Both the position numbers and the translations under genes were made by a program. Shown here one piece after another: positions 1 through 14,000 of a stretch of 64,000 bases of DNA. The notes beneath the pieces are model-generated. The model worked only from the letters and a program-made list of their open reading frames with translations, did not search any database and had not been told where the DNA came from. Where the stretch lies: NCBI GenBank assembly GCA_964016885.1, contig OZ024741.1, positions 306,466,001-306,530,000 of the forward strand, written 5' to 3'. Each line of letters starts with the position of its first letter. Position 1 is the first letter of the stretch. This DNA is from Eledone cirrhosa. Taxonomy: Eukaryota.

Positions 1-316
1 TTAAAGTGAGGAAAGACTGTACACTGAGCCAATCCCACTCTCTGAGCGACAGTAGCTATAACCCGAAAAGAAGAAGAGATCAACACTTTCGGTAACTACT
101 GAGCCACAGGTTTTATATTGGAGTTATCCCAGTTTCCTGAGTTGCCTTCTCCTAGAAGAATGCCCTGACAAAGGCTAGGGGTCCTTCACTCCCAGTGGTT
201 TAACCGTGCGGTACATACATATATACATACATACACACACACACATGCATACATACATTTACAGTAAATACATAAAAAATAGCCAAATAATGTATCTGAG
301 AAAAATATTTTCTTAC

Positions 317-478
317 ATAATTTCTTTTTTTGTTTTCCTTTACATTTGTTACTACTGCAGTATACACTGCCAGTGCCCAAACAGTAACATGTTTTGCAGC
401 CTGCCTTGGATATAAATTTAGCACCTGCATAATACACTTTCTGTTCAAAATTACACTTCACCAATTTCGGTTTTTTCA
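317..478 (-). CDS. Internal exon (6th seen) of a multi-module pacifastin/VWC-like Cys-rich protein
   Basis: Minus strand ttttttttaacAG|TG AAA... to ...TTA T|GTAAGA. 162 nt, phase 1-1. Encodes KKPKLVKCNFEQKVYYAGAKFISKAGCKTCYCLGTGSVYCSSNKCKGKQKKKL. Confidence 0.8.
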
Positions 479-529
479 CTGTTAAAAAAAAGTTATAAAT
501 ATTTTTTATATATTTATAGTGTGAAGACA

Positions 530-810
530 AATGATGAATTGTAGAGGATGATTGGAATAGAGCCAGTGATAACGGTTTTGAAGAGAAATGGCATGAAATG
601 ATTGGGTCATGTGTTGAGGAACGATGAAAGTGATTGAATGAGAGGAGTGGTAGGAATAGAATCAGTGATGAATATTGTGAAGAGAAATTGTATAAGAGGG
701 GTTGGTCATGTGCTGAGGAAGGATGAAAGTGACTGGATAGGAGGAGAGATAGAAATGCATGTGGAAGATTGTAAAAGAGGGGGATGGCTAAAAAAGACCA
801 GGATAAGGAT
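530..810 (+). mobile_element. Old RTE-like LINE 3' fragment with an internal tandem duplication
   Basis: Two copies of a GHVLR(K/N)DESD-like segment, resembling the RLRWxGHVxR region of RTE ORFs. Confidence 0.5.
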
Positions 811-2209
811 TATAACGGCGGCGAAGATTCAAAACCGAATCTGAGCTTTCCCGCTTCTGGGACAAGTCGTGGTAAGTTGTTTACGTTCAAGAGACTAACC
901 CCTGGGGAGAGGCTAAACACAGGTCAGAGGTGTTTACGCCTGACAGAAAATAGGTCAGAGGATATATCTACCCTTCTAACTTCAACCCTTGTAAATGCAG
1001 GGGTTGTTTACGCCCCGGCAGAAAAGAAGTGATATACAGACAAGACAAGTGGCATTTACAAGCTCTCATCACAAAATACCAGTCTGTCACTTATTCTCAC
1101 CTGCCTGGCTGATCGCTGACTTCTACTACTAAAACAAGCAAATATACTGATACGCACACACGCATTCATAGTAAGTTCACACTGTTTGCATCTTTACACG
1201 CACCATTTCTTTTTATTTACGTTTGTATCTTTCGGATGCAGTACAAATTATATTATAATCTTATTCAGTGATACTTGTATTTACGTGGCTCAAAGTGCCA
1301 CCAAATTATTGTACGAATATTTTGTGTTATTGATTTTATCATTCAATATTCAAATTGAATATTGTTATAATAAAATAAACTTTGTAACAACACAATCCTG
1401 GTATTTTTCTTTACATCAAAACCATCATACCAACAGTTATATCCATCCACTTATCGTTACAACCACACAAATATTCCATTACAGGATGATGGAGAAGGGT
1501 TGGTGCATATGATAGACTGTAATAAAAAAGGCTGTCCTCAGGCTAACCCTTGCTTTAGCAAGGAAAATAGCCTTAAAATATTTGTTTTTGTATAGTATGA
1601 AACTGAATTTCAAAAGAAAAAGAAACAGGATGATATTAAGATGCTAGTGCAATAAAATATCTACAATTGTGAATCAAAACTTATTTGTAGATTGTGTAAT
1701 ATTTATAACTGTAGAAAATCCAAGGTGATTTCTAATTCCTATCAAAAGTTAGCAATGGAAAAAATGTTGCAAATGCCTCAGTCAATACAACCATTGAAAA
1801 TACACTAAAAACAAATAAAGTGTACCATATGAATGAAGTGCGAACAAATTATTGAACAGACAAACAAAATTCTCATAAAATTTATCACAAAATGCTTTAT
1901 ACCAAACTATATAAGTTAGCAATATAATGCATGCATGGACCTGTAACTCCTGAGGAAGTCATTTGGGCGCCATATTGACATATAGCATTTCTTAGGCATT
2001 TTAAGCCTGGCAAAATTCATCTCATCTCCAGGTCTGAATTCCAGAGAATAAGAGAATGGAAGTGAGAAAGAGATATAAAGGAAGAATCGACCCCAGTACT
2101 AGACTGGTACTTTTTTTTTATCAACCTTGAATGGATGAAAGGCAAAGTTGACCTCAGTGAGATTTGAAAGTAGAGAGCCGAAACAAATCTCTAAAATCAA
2201 ATACCTCTT

Positions 2210-2411
2210 TATCAACAACAAACCTCAAGCTTATAAAGCTGAGAACAAGCTACAAATGACCAATGTTATTTATAAATTTGATTGTAAAAATGAAAGTTGT
2301 AAATTTCATGACTTCTACTGTTGTATTGAACATACAAATGCAACACCCTCTCAGAGGCTGATCACGTATTTACAACACACCACAAAACAAAGCTCAATAG
2401 GAAAATACTAA
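2210..2411 (+). mobile_element. Degenerate Penelope-like GIY-YIG endonuclease fragment
   Basis: TNVIYKFDCKNESC...IEHTNATPSQRLITYLQ resembles the NVIY-C-C-YIG-T-RL-H pattern. Confidence 0.45.
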
Positions 2412-2456
2412 CAAACAATACATCCATATACAGAATTCCCTGCAAAAATAAACAAT

Positions 2457-2961
2457 TACCATATATACTCATATATAAGCCAAAAGATATGTGATAAAAA
2501 ATATTGATGATAAAATGAAAGGGGTAGGGGTGTCAACTTATATTTGAAGCCAATATTTTGCCAATTTTCCCCAATTTAAAAATTCAATGTAAATGAGGGG
2601 CTAAAATATTTTGTCTTTCAAGGTGAATAGTATGCCAGTTTCACTTTAGTGCTGACTATCACACCAGTTTTACTTTTGATTCCTATTGTTTTTTTATATA
2701 TTTTTAATGAATATGGCCTTCAAAACGGTTGGAAATTGGTAAAATGTCATTAAACAATAAAAACTATAATTTAAGCAAGACTTAAAACATTTTAAATATC
2801 ATAATATTAAAACTTCATAAATATATTCTCCACTTATGAGGATTTCAAAATCATGCCATCTAAACATAATGTGTTGATTACCTGCTTCAGCTTACAAATA
2901 GGTTTTGTATTTTTGCCTATCTCTCAGAATAGGGGGTTGGCTTATATTGGAATATACAGTA
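2457..2961. mobile_element. Non-autonomous Tc1/mariner-superfamily element (MITE-like)
   Basis: Degenerate TIRs TACCATATATACTCATATATAAGCC ... GGCTTATATTGGAATATACAGTA, with TA at both ends. Confidence 0.55.
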
Positions 2962-3289
2962 ATTATGGCAGCAGTATTCATATCACAATACAATGCTAAA
3001 ATAAAGCCTACAAACATGTGACTGATGACACTTACACCTAGCAGTAAAACCTCAAATTTCTAATTTCAGAGCTAAAGTTAACAGAAATTTTGATAAATTA
3101 CATTTGCCTCATAAAAGTGGCAGTACAAAAAATCAATAAGACTTCAAATCATGATGATAAGACTATGAAATTCTAGAAACTGATTATGGAATAAAGAACA
3201 TCCTTGATTGAAACAAGCTGCAGAGGACTAATATGGAAACAAAGATATATATATATATATATAAAAGTAAAATCTTGAACATAATTTTG

Positions 3290-3912
3290 TCTTTAATCCC
3301 TCCCTATAGGGTAGAGAAGGCTCTTCAATTGAGTCAATGACCATCAACATCCCTAATTGGTGCCATGATATAATGCACCTTGTACATTTTGTAAAGAGAG
3401 CCATAAAAACTAAGCAAAAGGGTTGAGAAGTCCCTTCAGTCATGATATAGCAACCTCTCTAGTAATGGTGCCACAAAAAATACACCCAGCACACACTGTT
3501 AGGCAGTTAGTGATGGGAGAGGCATTCAGCCATAGAACCATTCCAAACAAAACACTAAATAAACTCTTCAGTTGCATTAAAGGCACGACAATCTCTCTAG
3601 TGTGGGTGAAATGATAAAATGCACCCAGAACATTCTGTAAAGGGGTTGGTAACAGGAATGGCATCCAGCCTTAGAAAACTTGTCAAATAAGGGTTGAAAG
3701 GACCCTTCAATTGTGTCAAAGACATGATCACCTTCTTAGTGAAAATGCACTAGGGCACTCTGCAGGGAGAGTGAAGTAACATAAATCTGCAAAATGTGGC
3801 CAGCAGCCTATCTGAGAGGTCAATAACACTGATTAAGTATTAACTTGGTCAGTGATGATCCATCCAACCCTTGTTAGCAAGGAAAATAGGGCATTAAATG
3901 ATGATGATGATA
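3290..3912 (+). mobile_element. Old RTE-tail/SINE-related repeat ending in (GAT)n
   Basis: Contains ggttggtaacaggaatggcatccagcc and ccaacccttgttagcaaggaaaatagggcattaaatgatgatgat, both similar to RTE 3' ends elsewhere in the window. Confidence 0.5.
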
Positions 3913-4236
3913 GATATTCGTACCTTCTGATGAGAAACCCAACTAAGTCTGAAAAAATCAATATATATATGGGAAATAAATGAAATGTACAGCTCACATC
4001 TTTACAAGTTTAGTTGGCATCCAGTGAAGTTGTATCTCATATTATGAGATTCTTATGTGTTTTGTAAAGCAATGTGAAATAAAGCATCTTGATCAAGACC
4101 ACAACAAAAATACTTGACCTCATGACTCCAACATGCTAACCCCTAGACAATATACCTTCACACATATGCATATATACATATATATGATAACAAATTATAT
4201 GAAAATCATACCAACTAAGGAATAATGGAAAATTAC

Positions 4237-4410
4237 CTTTTCTGTTTTTTGATCCACAGAGTTTGGTACAACGAAGTTTTCCATTTTTTTGACAGCGACA
4301 AGAATTACATCCATCAGCAGTAATAAAGATGGAATTAACACTGTAACATGCATCCTCACCCTGGCATGATACTACCATTGATAACCTGTCAGTATCATTT
4401 TTAGACAGTT
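4237..4410 (-). CDS. Internal exon (5th seen), pacifastin/VWC-like module
   Basis: ttcttcacattttcAG|AA CTG... to ...AAA G|GTAATT. 174 nt, phase 1-1. Encodes LSKNDTDRLSMVVSCQGEDACYSVNSIFITADGCNSCRCQKNGKLRCTKLCGSKNRK. Confidence 0.85.
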
Positions 4411-4939
4411 CTGAAAATGTGAAGAATAAAAGTTCATTTAGTTTGGATACATATGTGTTTCAGTTTATATAGAAGTATTGGTAATTAATGTGTATCTCAA
4501 CTATGCATAAACACAAAATAAATTTTACAATCAGTTAAAGTCTGTTCTAAGCCAAAGGCTCATCAGACTGGTGCTTATCTCCACTTTGCTTGGTGCTAAG
4601 TGACTGAAAGTACAATACTCTCTTTGGACAAGATTCCAGTCTATTGCAGGATTAGCTCCTCAGCTAACACTGGTACTCACTGTCAACTGACTGTACTGTA
4701 GCAATGTAAAATAAAATGCTTTGCTCATGAACTGTCACATGATTTAGCATGGATGAGTGTAGAGTGTCTAGTAGTAAATGCAGGTTTGTCAAAAACTATG
4801 TTTGTCAGCTCACCAAACTGTAAGTTGAAATACCTAGGTACCAGACCTGCTAGAGAATATGAAATATAACGTATTTTTCTTGATTTCAATACTGCTTGAA
4901 TCTGTGTGATGTTAAAAGAAACTGGATATACCAGCATAC

Positions 4940-5128
4940 CTGAGTTAGAGCAGCTGGGTTTGGTTTTGGAACACTGCATGCTCCTCTTTGCCTTGCAAAC
5001 ACATTCATTGCAACCATCTCCGGAAAGATATACTGATCCAATATTATATAGGCGGCCCTTATAGAAGCACATATTGACAAACATTTCATTCTTTAATGGG
5101 AATGGTGGTAACGTTGGTTTATGTAACA
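4940..5128 (-). CDS. Internal exon (4th seen), pacifastin/VWC-like module
   Basis: cttttcattggcAG|TG TTA... to ...TCA G|GTATGC. 189 nt, phase 1-1. Encodes LHKPTLPPFPLKNEMFVNMCFYKGRLYNIGSVYLSGDGCNECVCKAKRSMQCSKTKPSCSNS. Confidence 0.85.
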
Positions 5129-5937
5129 CTGCCAATGAAAAGTAATGTTTCAGTTAGCTTAATCATGGTGCAAATATGCAGCAGCGTGGTGGAAAAAATC
5201 TAAGATCCAAGAGTATGTTGCCACCCCACTTTCTATATCCTTCCTTAACTGCTCTGATACTAACTTTCTCAAAACTCCCACTGTTTCTACGAAACAAAAC
5301 TACCCATTTGAAAGTGTGCCCGTATAAATTAAAATCTTCCAACAAAATTTAACATTTAAATGTTACAAATGCCACCTCAATAACGAAACAAGGATTTTAG
5401 TAATAATTTAGTAAATCCATCCAAATGCTTCATTAATTATTTGAAATACATGGTACTTCATTAGAAATACAGTAAGGAAAGGGTTAAAACCAACAATGTC
5501 AAATGGATATCTCTGATAAGAGAAATGACTAAACTGATGAAGAAAAAATGATTACTTTTGTACTCAATTTGTGTATAAAAGATTTAAAAAAAAAAGATTT
5601 TAAAAAAGAAGATATATTATGATTAGGCATTGAATGTAATCATGCAATCAGTAACTGATGCAATTGAAAAACTCAGCCTTAATATATTCAGCAAGGAAGA
5701 CAGTTGGGAAATTTATATAGGTAATATTTCAACTTGTATGTTGGTTATAACTATGTAAGTATGTATGTCTGCATGTGTGTGTGCATGTGTGCAGGTATAG
5801 ATGTCATTGCAAGTATGCTAGGAATTATATATGTGCACACATACACATATTTCTATATCTACACATGGTTACATATACATACAATTATTACGTACTAAAC
5901 TTCTGGAATGTGTTACATATTTTTACAGTTCCATGAA

Positions 5938-6130
5938 CCCGTTAGCATTTAAACCGGCCATATCTGGGCAGAATTCTCTCACCTCTTTCTGTTTAAACCA
6001 ACCATAACTAGCCACTCATACTGATGTTAAGGTATTGTTCTCAAAATCTTATAGATTCAATATTATGTAAGATAAAGTCTTTATCACAAAAATACAATAG
6101 TAAATATAGAGTAATGTAAATACCAAAGGG
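5938..6130. mobile_element. piggyBac-type MITE (TTAA target)
   Basis: CCCGTTAG...CCAAAGGG termini flanked by TGAA/TTAA. A paralogous empty site with a single TTAA lies at 6832-6835. Confidence 0.7.
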
Positions 6131-6294
6131 TTAATGGATTGCACTTGTAATTTCCCAATTAGCCATCACACACATACACCTCCATCCCACTCCCACACAA
6201 TCTCACCCCCATCCCACTTCATTGTTACTCCCCCTCTATCTCACTCACTCTTAAGCCAAGCTTTTCCTGGTTCTGTGTAACCCAGCTTCTTAAC

Positions 6295-6296
<2 letters not shown>

Positions 6297-6325
<29 letters not shown>

Positions 6326-6580
6326 TGTATGTATGTATGTATGTATGTATGTATGTATGTGTATGTATGTATGTGTGTGTTATGTATGTATGTATGTATA
6401 TGTATGTGTTTGTTATGTATGTATGTATGTATGTATATGTATGTGTGTGTTATGTATGTATGTATATTTTGTACTTCATGTATGTATGTCTGTGTGTGTA
6501 TGTTTGTTACGTAAGTATGTATATTTTATATTTTGTGTGTATGTGTGTATGTATGTATGTATGTTTTGTATGCATGTATG
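6297..6580. repeat. (ATGT)n microsatellite; further tracts at ~8943-9047, 9523-9575, 9988-10290, 10401-10455, 14476-14661 and 18616-18752
   Basis: Seen directly. Source of the spurious MYVC ORFs. Confidence 0.95.
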
Positions 6581-6859
6581 TTCTTCTGGTTTTATAATTT
6601 CACAAATTTTTACCAATAGAGAGAGAGTCGGTTTCTAACATAGATACAAGACTCTCTCATTTGGATTTAAACAACATCAACTAGGTAGGTATGTATGCAT
6701 GCCTGTGTGTACAGGTATGGATCTTATGGTATGTGTGGAGGTGTATGTGTGCATGTGCATATGCTTTGTATCTGAACATGTGTACATGCAGTTATAAGAT
6801 ACAGAATGTTTTACACATTTTTACTGTTCAATTAATGGATTGTACTTGTAATTTCCTAA

Positions 6860-8942
6860 CTAGTTGTGTTCTTTCTGTTTTTGTGAAGCCTAGCTTCTCA
6901 AGATTTGTACTGAGTCAGTTACTAACATATCGTAGTGCCCAGGTATAAATCTGAAGGTATATTTAGGGTGGAGTATATGCAGGTTTCTCATTAGTTCTGC
7001 ATAGATATTCTCCTTTTTGCTAATCTTTAATATTATATTGGCATCTGCTGGGCAGCTAACTTCCACTACTGTGCATGCCTTCTTTTCCCTGTCCCGTATC
7101 ATTATATTTGGTCTGTTATGCTTGCATTTTATTGGGGTTTTGACTGGAACATTCTACCAGTATTCTTTTGTATTATGTATGTGTTTTCTTCCGTATTGCT
7201 ATAGCTTTTAATATGTTTATTGTTGGGGCTATCTTTTCTACGGATTACATTGTACAGTGTTTTGGCCACTACATCATGCCTCATAAGTAGATAGTACCGT
7301 GATGACATCTTTGGACAGCTGCTTATGACACGGGTGACATCTTCAGTGTTAATTCTGCAGAGTCTGCATTTTTTGTCACATCTAGGTGTTTTGCCTGCAT
7401 CCCTATCTCTTTTGTGAATCAGGTATTTTGTGTTGATTTCCTGTTCTTGGATTGCAAAAGCATATCCTTCAAAGTGGGAGCCAATATAGCGGTTGTTGGT
7501 CCAAGATAGACTACTTTCCTTATCTATATTACTCTCACTCTGGAACTTCCTTGCAATATATCCATACCTGATTTTTGCTGATAAGCATACAGTTTTTCAT
7601 CTATGGATTCACTGCGGTTTTTCTGGGCAATTTCCCAGGGTGTGAGTTTTTGATTATCATGCAGGGGTATCTTTCAAGAAGTTCCTTCCCAATTCTTATG
7701 ATCTTATCTGTCTCATGCAGAAAGACTTGCTCAATAGATGGGCTCCTATGCTTCGAGGTTAGCTAATGTTGTCAGAGACATATGATATGACACTCAAATG
7801 CTGTCTAGACTAATGTTATGCCTCTGCCTCCCTGCTTATGTTTCAAGTAGAGGTGGTCTATGTCACTGTTGATGTAGAAGTTTCTGGTGTTGTTTAGAAT
7901 TTTTCGAGTTTTAACATCAATTGCTCGGATTTCGTCTATTGTCCAATCAAGTATTCCAAATGTTGGTGTTAGACAGGCACAGCAAACACATTGTGAGCCA
8001 CTGTTTTATTGTGCACAGAGAGTTTTGATGACCATATTTTTCTTATTCAAGTGTAATATTCCCTGGTTAGTATATATTCTCATCTATCCCTAGGTATCTG
8101 TAACAGTTCTCGTCAGATATCGGTGAAAGAGTTAGGCCATTGATAACAATGTTGCTAGATTTGGTTGTAGTTTTTCCCTGCTTTACAGTCATATATGAAA
8201 ATTTATCTTGGCCAAACTCCATTCCTATATCCTTTGAGAATGTTGTAATCAGGTCAAGATTTTTCTTCATCACATTTATGTTCTTGGCATAGAGTTTCAT
8301 GTCATCCACAAATAAACTATGGGTCAAGTTTGTATTTCTGTCCTCCTGTGAACCAATAATGTATCCTTCACATTTCTTGAGCAGAAAGGACAAGGGGTTT
8401 AATGACAGGATAAATAATATCACAGAGAGATTGAAATATACCCCTGTGATATTCTGAAAATAGAGTCCTCCCTCTCTGTCTTTAACCTTAGGATAGTAGC
8501 CCCAAAAGAAGACAGCCTCTCTATGGCTCTGATAATAATGTCTGGGACTTTAGCATGTTGGAGTGCCTCTATCATCCAAGAGTGGGGAACAGAATCAAAA
8601 GCTTTCTTGTACTCCACTCAGACTGTAGCCATATTCCTTCTAAGTTGTCGCATCTGTGATATCACAGTTTTGTTAATTAGATGTTCAGCACACCCCCAAA
8701 CACCTTTATTTCCAGCAGCTTGTTCATCCATGATGCTGTCATTACTGTTGCAGTGGTCTTGGAGAAATAGGTTCAGGCAGGCTGTATACATCTTATACAT
8801 CAGGTTCTGGCATGCAATGGGTCGCTAGTTTTTTGCCAAGTGGGCGATTTTGTTCTTGGGGACCAGTATTGTTTGTGCTAATGTCAACCATTCTGGTATA
8901 TGTGTATCCCCCTTGAGAGCTTGCTGGTAGAGGTTGATAAGA
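6860..8942 (-). mobile_element. R4/Dong-clade non-LTR retrotransposon, degenerate and 5'-truncated (RT plus restriction-like endonuclease)
   Basis: RT motifs YKKAFDSVPHSW, LFVDDMKLYAK and YRYLGIDE. C-terminal CRLC...SC zinc knuckle, RHD motif and NRPNIMIRDREKKACTVVEVSCP (REL-type). Confidence 0.85.
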
Positions 8943-9046
8943 GTATGTATGTATGTTATACATGTAGGTGTGTATGTAATGCATGTAATGTATGTATGTA
9001 ATGCATGTAATGTATGTATGTAATGCATGTAATGTATGTATGTATG

Positions 9047-11010
9047 TACAACCTGTCTCATGGTCAAGTCGTCGGCGACTAAACAGGCATCCCCATCAAG
9101 CTTGCTTGGTGAGGAGGATGATATTTGGACACCCTGTGGGATAAAATACAAGATCCGACAAAGGGCGGAGTAACTCAGCAGAGTAAACAGCCATCCAAAT
9201 AGTACTTTCCCCTGGGAGTGAAAGGCTCCCAGTTGTTGTTACAACACCTTTCTAGGAGAGGTAAATTCTGAAAAATAACCTGCGGTTTTGGAAACATCCA
9301 ATAATGTTGACTAATTCTCCTTTTCAGCTAGTGTTTTCGATGCTCAGAGAGTGGGATTGGTTGAGTGCAAGGCCTTTCCCCACTTAAAAAAACGTTGAAA
9401 GCACAGGCAATGCTTGTTCAGGATATGTTACAGGTTCGTGTGGCTGGTCGTAGCCTACAAGTGCACCAAACTCTATAATCTGACAAGTGATTGCAGTACT
9501 CTTAGCAGAGTTTGCAGTCATCATATATGTATGTATGTAATGTATGTATGTTATGTATGTATGTATGTATGTAATGAGATGACCCCTTAGCCTTTGTCAA
9601 GGCAGAATTCAAGGAGAAGGAAAACTCTGATATAACACCTGCAACCTTGATGGTATCCAATGATGTTGACTTATTCTTCTTTTTGGTAAATATCATCTTG
9701 GTTAAGAGAGTGGGACTGGCTTTGTGCAGTGCCTTTGCTCACTATAAAAGCTTCACGGCACAGTCATTGCGTTATATCTGGAGATCTCTGATCTCTCTGC
9801 ACTTGTCATCACATGGTACCATGGGCCCAGCACTATGTGTCAATAATTGTCACAAGCGTAGTGTTTGTACCAGAGTTTTCAAGTCGCTGGCTGGGCTAAA
9901 AAGTCACACTCGTTCAGCACATCGGTAGGGGATCTCCTACATGGATATAAAGTAGTGGCCGTACTCGAAAACGAGCTGGCAGCCACCATGTATGTTATGT
10001 ATGTATGTATGTTATGTATGTATGTTATGTATGTATGTTATGTATGTATGTATGTTATGTATGTATGTATGTTATGTATGTATGTTATGTATGTATGTTA
10101 TGTATGTATGTATGTTATGTATGTATGTTATGTATGTATGTATGTTATGTATGTATGTTATGTATGTATGTTATGTATGTATGTATGTTATGTATGTATG
10201 TATGTTATGTGTGTATGTTATGTATGTATGTATGTTATGTATGTATGTTATGTATGTATGTTATGTATGTATGTATGTTATGTATGTATGTTCTTCTGGT
10301 TTTATAATTTCACAAAGTTTTACCAATAGAGAGAGAGTCGGTTTCTAACATAGACACAAGACTCTCTCATTGGAATTTACACAACATCAACTAGGTAGGT
10401 GTGTATGTATGTATGTATGTATGTATGTATGTATGTATGTATGTATGTATGTATGTTCGTAGGTTCGTGTGGCTGGTCGTAGCCTACAAGTGCACCAAAC
10501 TCTATAATCTGACAAGTGATTGCAGTACTCTTAGCAGAGTTTGCAGTCATCATATATGTATGTATGTAATGTATGTATGTTATGTATGTATGTATGTATG
10601 TAATGAGATGACCCCTTAGCCTTTGTCAAGGCAGAATTCAAGGAGAAGGAAAACTCTGATATAACACCTGCAACCTTGATGGTATCCAATGATGTTGACT
10701 TATTCTTCTTTTTGGTAAATATCATCTTGGTTAAGAGAGTGGGACTGGCTTTGTGCAGTGCCTTTGCTCACTATAAAAGCTTCACGGCACAGGCATTGCT
10801 TTATATCTGGAGATCTCTCTGCACTTGTCGTCACATGGTACCATGGGCCCAGCACTATGTGTCAATAATTGTCACAAGTGTAGTGTCTGTACCAGAGTTT
10901 TCAAGTCGCTGGCTGGACTAAAAAGTCACACTCGTTCAGCGCATCGGTAGGGGTTCTCCTACATGGATATAAAGTAGTGGCCGTACTCGAAAACGAGTTG
11001 GCAGCCACCA
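9047..11010 (+). mobile_element. RTE-derived 5'-UTR pieces and short non-autonomous cassettes with (ATGT)n tails, tandemly duplicated (9430-9990 ~ 10459-11010)
   Basis: ORFs 9502..9696 and 10531..10725 are identical. The cassette ends in a C2H2 remnant (CTRVFKSLAGLKSH) and gccgtactcgaaaacgagttggcagccacc(atgt)n, like the RTE 3' end at ~14445-14476. A third copy lies at ~14863-15265. Confidence 0.75.
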
Positions 11011-11037
11011 TGTATGTATGTATGTATGTATGTATGT

Positions 11038-14000
11038 TGTAATAGAGCCAAACAAGGCATTTAGTCTTGGCTGCTGGAACGTACGGACGCTGCTTGACAG
11101 GGATTCCTTGGAGCGTCCTGAACGAAGGACCGCTCTTGTTGCAAAGGAGCTTCAATGTTACGATCTTGACATCGTGGCTTTATCTGAGACGAGGTTAGCT
11201 GGAGATGGTCATCTTACGGAATTTTGTGGAAAATATACATTCTTCTGGAAAGGAAGAGATGAAGGAACCAGAAGAGAGGCTGGGGTAGGATTTGCTGTTA
11301 AGACTACTAGAAGAATTCCCAGTAGGGATTAGTGAGCGTCTTATGTCCATGAGAGTTCCGCTGGATAAAGGAAGATATGCTACCCTGGTGAGTGTGTATG
11401 CTCCAACTATGAATTCTGTCGATGAAGAAAAACTGTCCTTTTACCATGCCTTGAAAGGTGTTCTAAGAAATATCCCTCAGGCAGACAAAGTCATCGTGCT
11501 TGGTGACTTTAATGCTAGAGTGGGTAGGGATTTTAACACATGGAATGTAATCGGAAGGCATGGGGTGGGAAAGTGTAACAGCAATGGTATGCTCCTGCTG
11601 CAGATGTGTGAGGATTGGCCGACCCTTAAAAAGTCGGTTTATGATGTAGGCAGGCGTGTTCTGGGATTGGTGCAGAGAAAACATCAGGACTGGTTTAATG
11701 AGAATGATGTACATATAGAAGACTTGTTGGCTGATAAGAAGTGTGCTCTGTCACGCTACTTGACGGCAAAACCACAGGAGAGGAATACGTTGCATGAGGA
11801 ACTCAGGGATGTAAAATCACATGTTAGGCGGAGTTTTTCTCAGATGAAGGATCAGTGGTGGAGTGAGAAGGCTGGTGAGATACAAACTGTGTCTGATTCC
11901 AATAACACAAAGCTGTTGTACAGTCCCTTGCGTGAGGTTTATGGACCGTCTTCTTCTCTGGTGACACCGCTTCGCAGCAAGGATGGCAAAGAACTTCTTC
12001 GTGACTCACAGGGAATTCTACGAAGGTGGCGAGAGCACTTTGATGATCTTTTGAATCAGCCGTCTGTCGTCAGTGAAGATTTCCTCAATCTCATTCCAGA
12101 AAGTCCTGTGAAAGTAGCTCTCGCAGAACCTCCGACGCTTGTGGAGGTTGCAGTGGCTATTTCGAAGCTGAACAGTGGAATATCTCCAGGTATGGATGGC
12201 ATACATGCTGAGCTCCTACAATATGGTGGTGAGAGACTCCTGCAACATCTGCACTCTTTGTTTGGAAGGATATGGGCTAATGAATCCATACCTGAGGACT
12301 GGAGAGATGCTGTAATGGTGGTCTTGTACAAGGGAAAGGGTAACAGGAATGATTGTGGGAACTACAGAGGTATATCATTGCTTTCTGTCGTAGGGAAAGT
12401 TTTATATAGGGTGCTTCTGGACCGTCTGCTGACACACATTGCAGATTGTGTTCTTCCTGAAAGTCAATCTGGTTTTCGTGCTGGACGTGGCACTACTGAT
12501 ATGATCTTCTCAGCTAGACAGCTCCAGGAGAAGTGCATTGAACAAGGCTTGGATCTGTATCAGGTTTTTGTCGATCTGACAAAGGCTTTCGATACTGTCA
12601 ACAGAGATGCATTATGGAAGGTTCTCCAGAAACTTGGTTGCCCTGATAAGTTCCTTGCTTTAGTTAGGTCTTTCCATGACGACATGAAGGCTTGGGTTAA
12701 TGTCAGAGGTAACATGTCGGAGCCTATCTCAGTAAAAAATGGAGTGAAACAGGGGGATATTCCAGCACCTGTTTGCCATATACTTTGCAATGGTTTTCTG
12801 TATTGCATTCAGGAATTGCGAGCATGGTGTTTACATCCGATATCGAACCTCAGGCAGCATATTTAACATCAGGCGCTTTGCTGCGAAGACAAAAGTATTT
12901 ACATCAATCATAAGAGACCTCTTGTATGCAGATGATTACGATCTTGTAGCGCACACAGAGAGTGATATGCAGCACATTTTGAATGCATTTTCTGACGCTT
13001 GCACTGCCCTGGGTTTGACTGTCAGTCTCAAGAAAACCGTCGTCATGTACCAACCTGCCCCTAGTAAGCAGTACACTGAACCAAACATCTATGTGTATGG
13101 CAAACGACTTGGAGTGGTTGATCAGTTTGTCTACCTGGGAAGCACTGTCAATCGATACGGCAACCTTGACAGTGAAATCTCACTTAGGATTAGGAAAGCA
13201 AGTGATGCTTTCAGAAAGCTAGAAAGGCGACTCTGGGGTCAGCGAGACATATGCAGGAGGACAAAGGTAAAGGTGTACAGGGCATGTGTACTCTCTTGTC
13301 TTCTTTATGCCTGCGAGACCTGGGTCACATATCGACACCACCTTAAGCAATTGGAGCGTTTCCATCAGATGTGTCTCAGACGGATCCATGGCGTTCATTA
13401 GAGGGACCACATCAGTGATGTCGAGATTTTGGAAAGCTCTATGTGTGACAGTATAGAAGCTCTTGTGCTTAAGCAACGACTCCGTTGGAGTGGTCACCTT
13501 GCCAGGATGAAGGATTGTAGAATACCAAAACAACTCATCTATGGAGAGTTGGTTAAAGGAAAACGACCGCCACATAAACCAAAAAAGAGGTATAAGGATT
13601 CATTGAAAGCCTCTCTGAAAGACGCTAACATCTCTGCTGATACATGGGAAAATATTGTTGCTGATCGTAATAACTGGAGAAAGACTGTATATGAGGGAAA
13701 AGTTGCCTTTGAGGCATCTCAAATCGCACACGAGAAAGTAAAGCGGGATGTGAGGAAGGGCATTGCTGTTGCACTTAAAGACGGCGAGGGTCCTCCTATG
13801 GTGCTGACATGCAGCGTCTGTGCGAGACTCTGCCTAAGCAAAGCTGGACTCGAAAGTCATCTTCGCAGTCATAAAGTAAGACCAGTGGTTGACTACCAGG
13901 CTGCTGTTGGAGATGCTACTCATCATGCTTGCCAAACATGTGGTAGAGAATGTAAATCAGCAGGAGGGCTCAAGCGACATGCAAAAGTACACGAACTCCA

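Noticed and set aside
811-1389. Possible solo LTR; also an LTR/gag-like trace at ~21089-22050
   Set aside because: Termini are imperfect, and there is no target site duplication or clear coding motif.
3925-3975. CTGATGAG...GAAA hammerhead-like remnant
   Set aside because: Stems I and III do not form convincingly.
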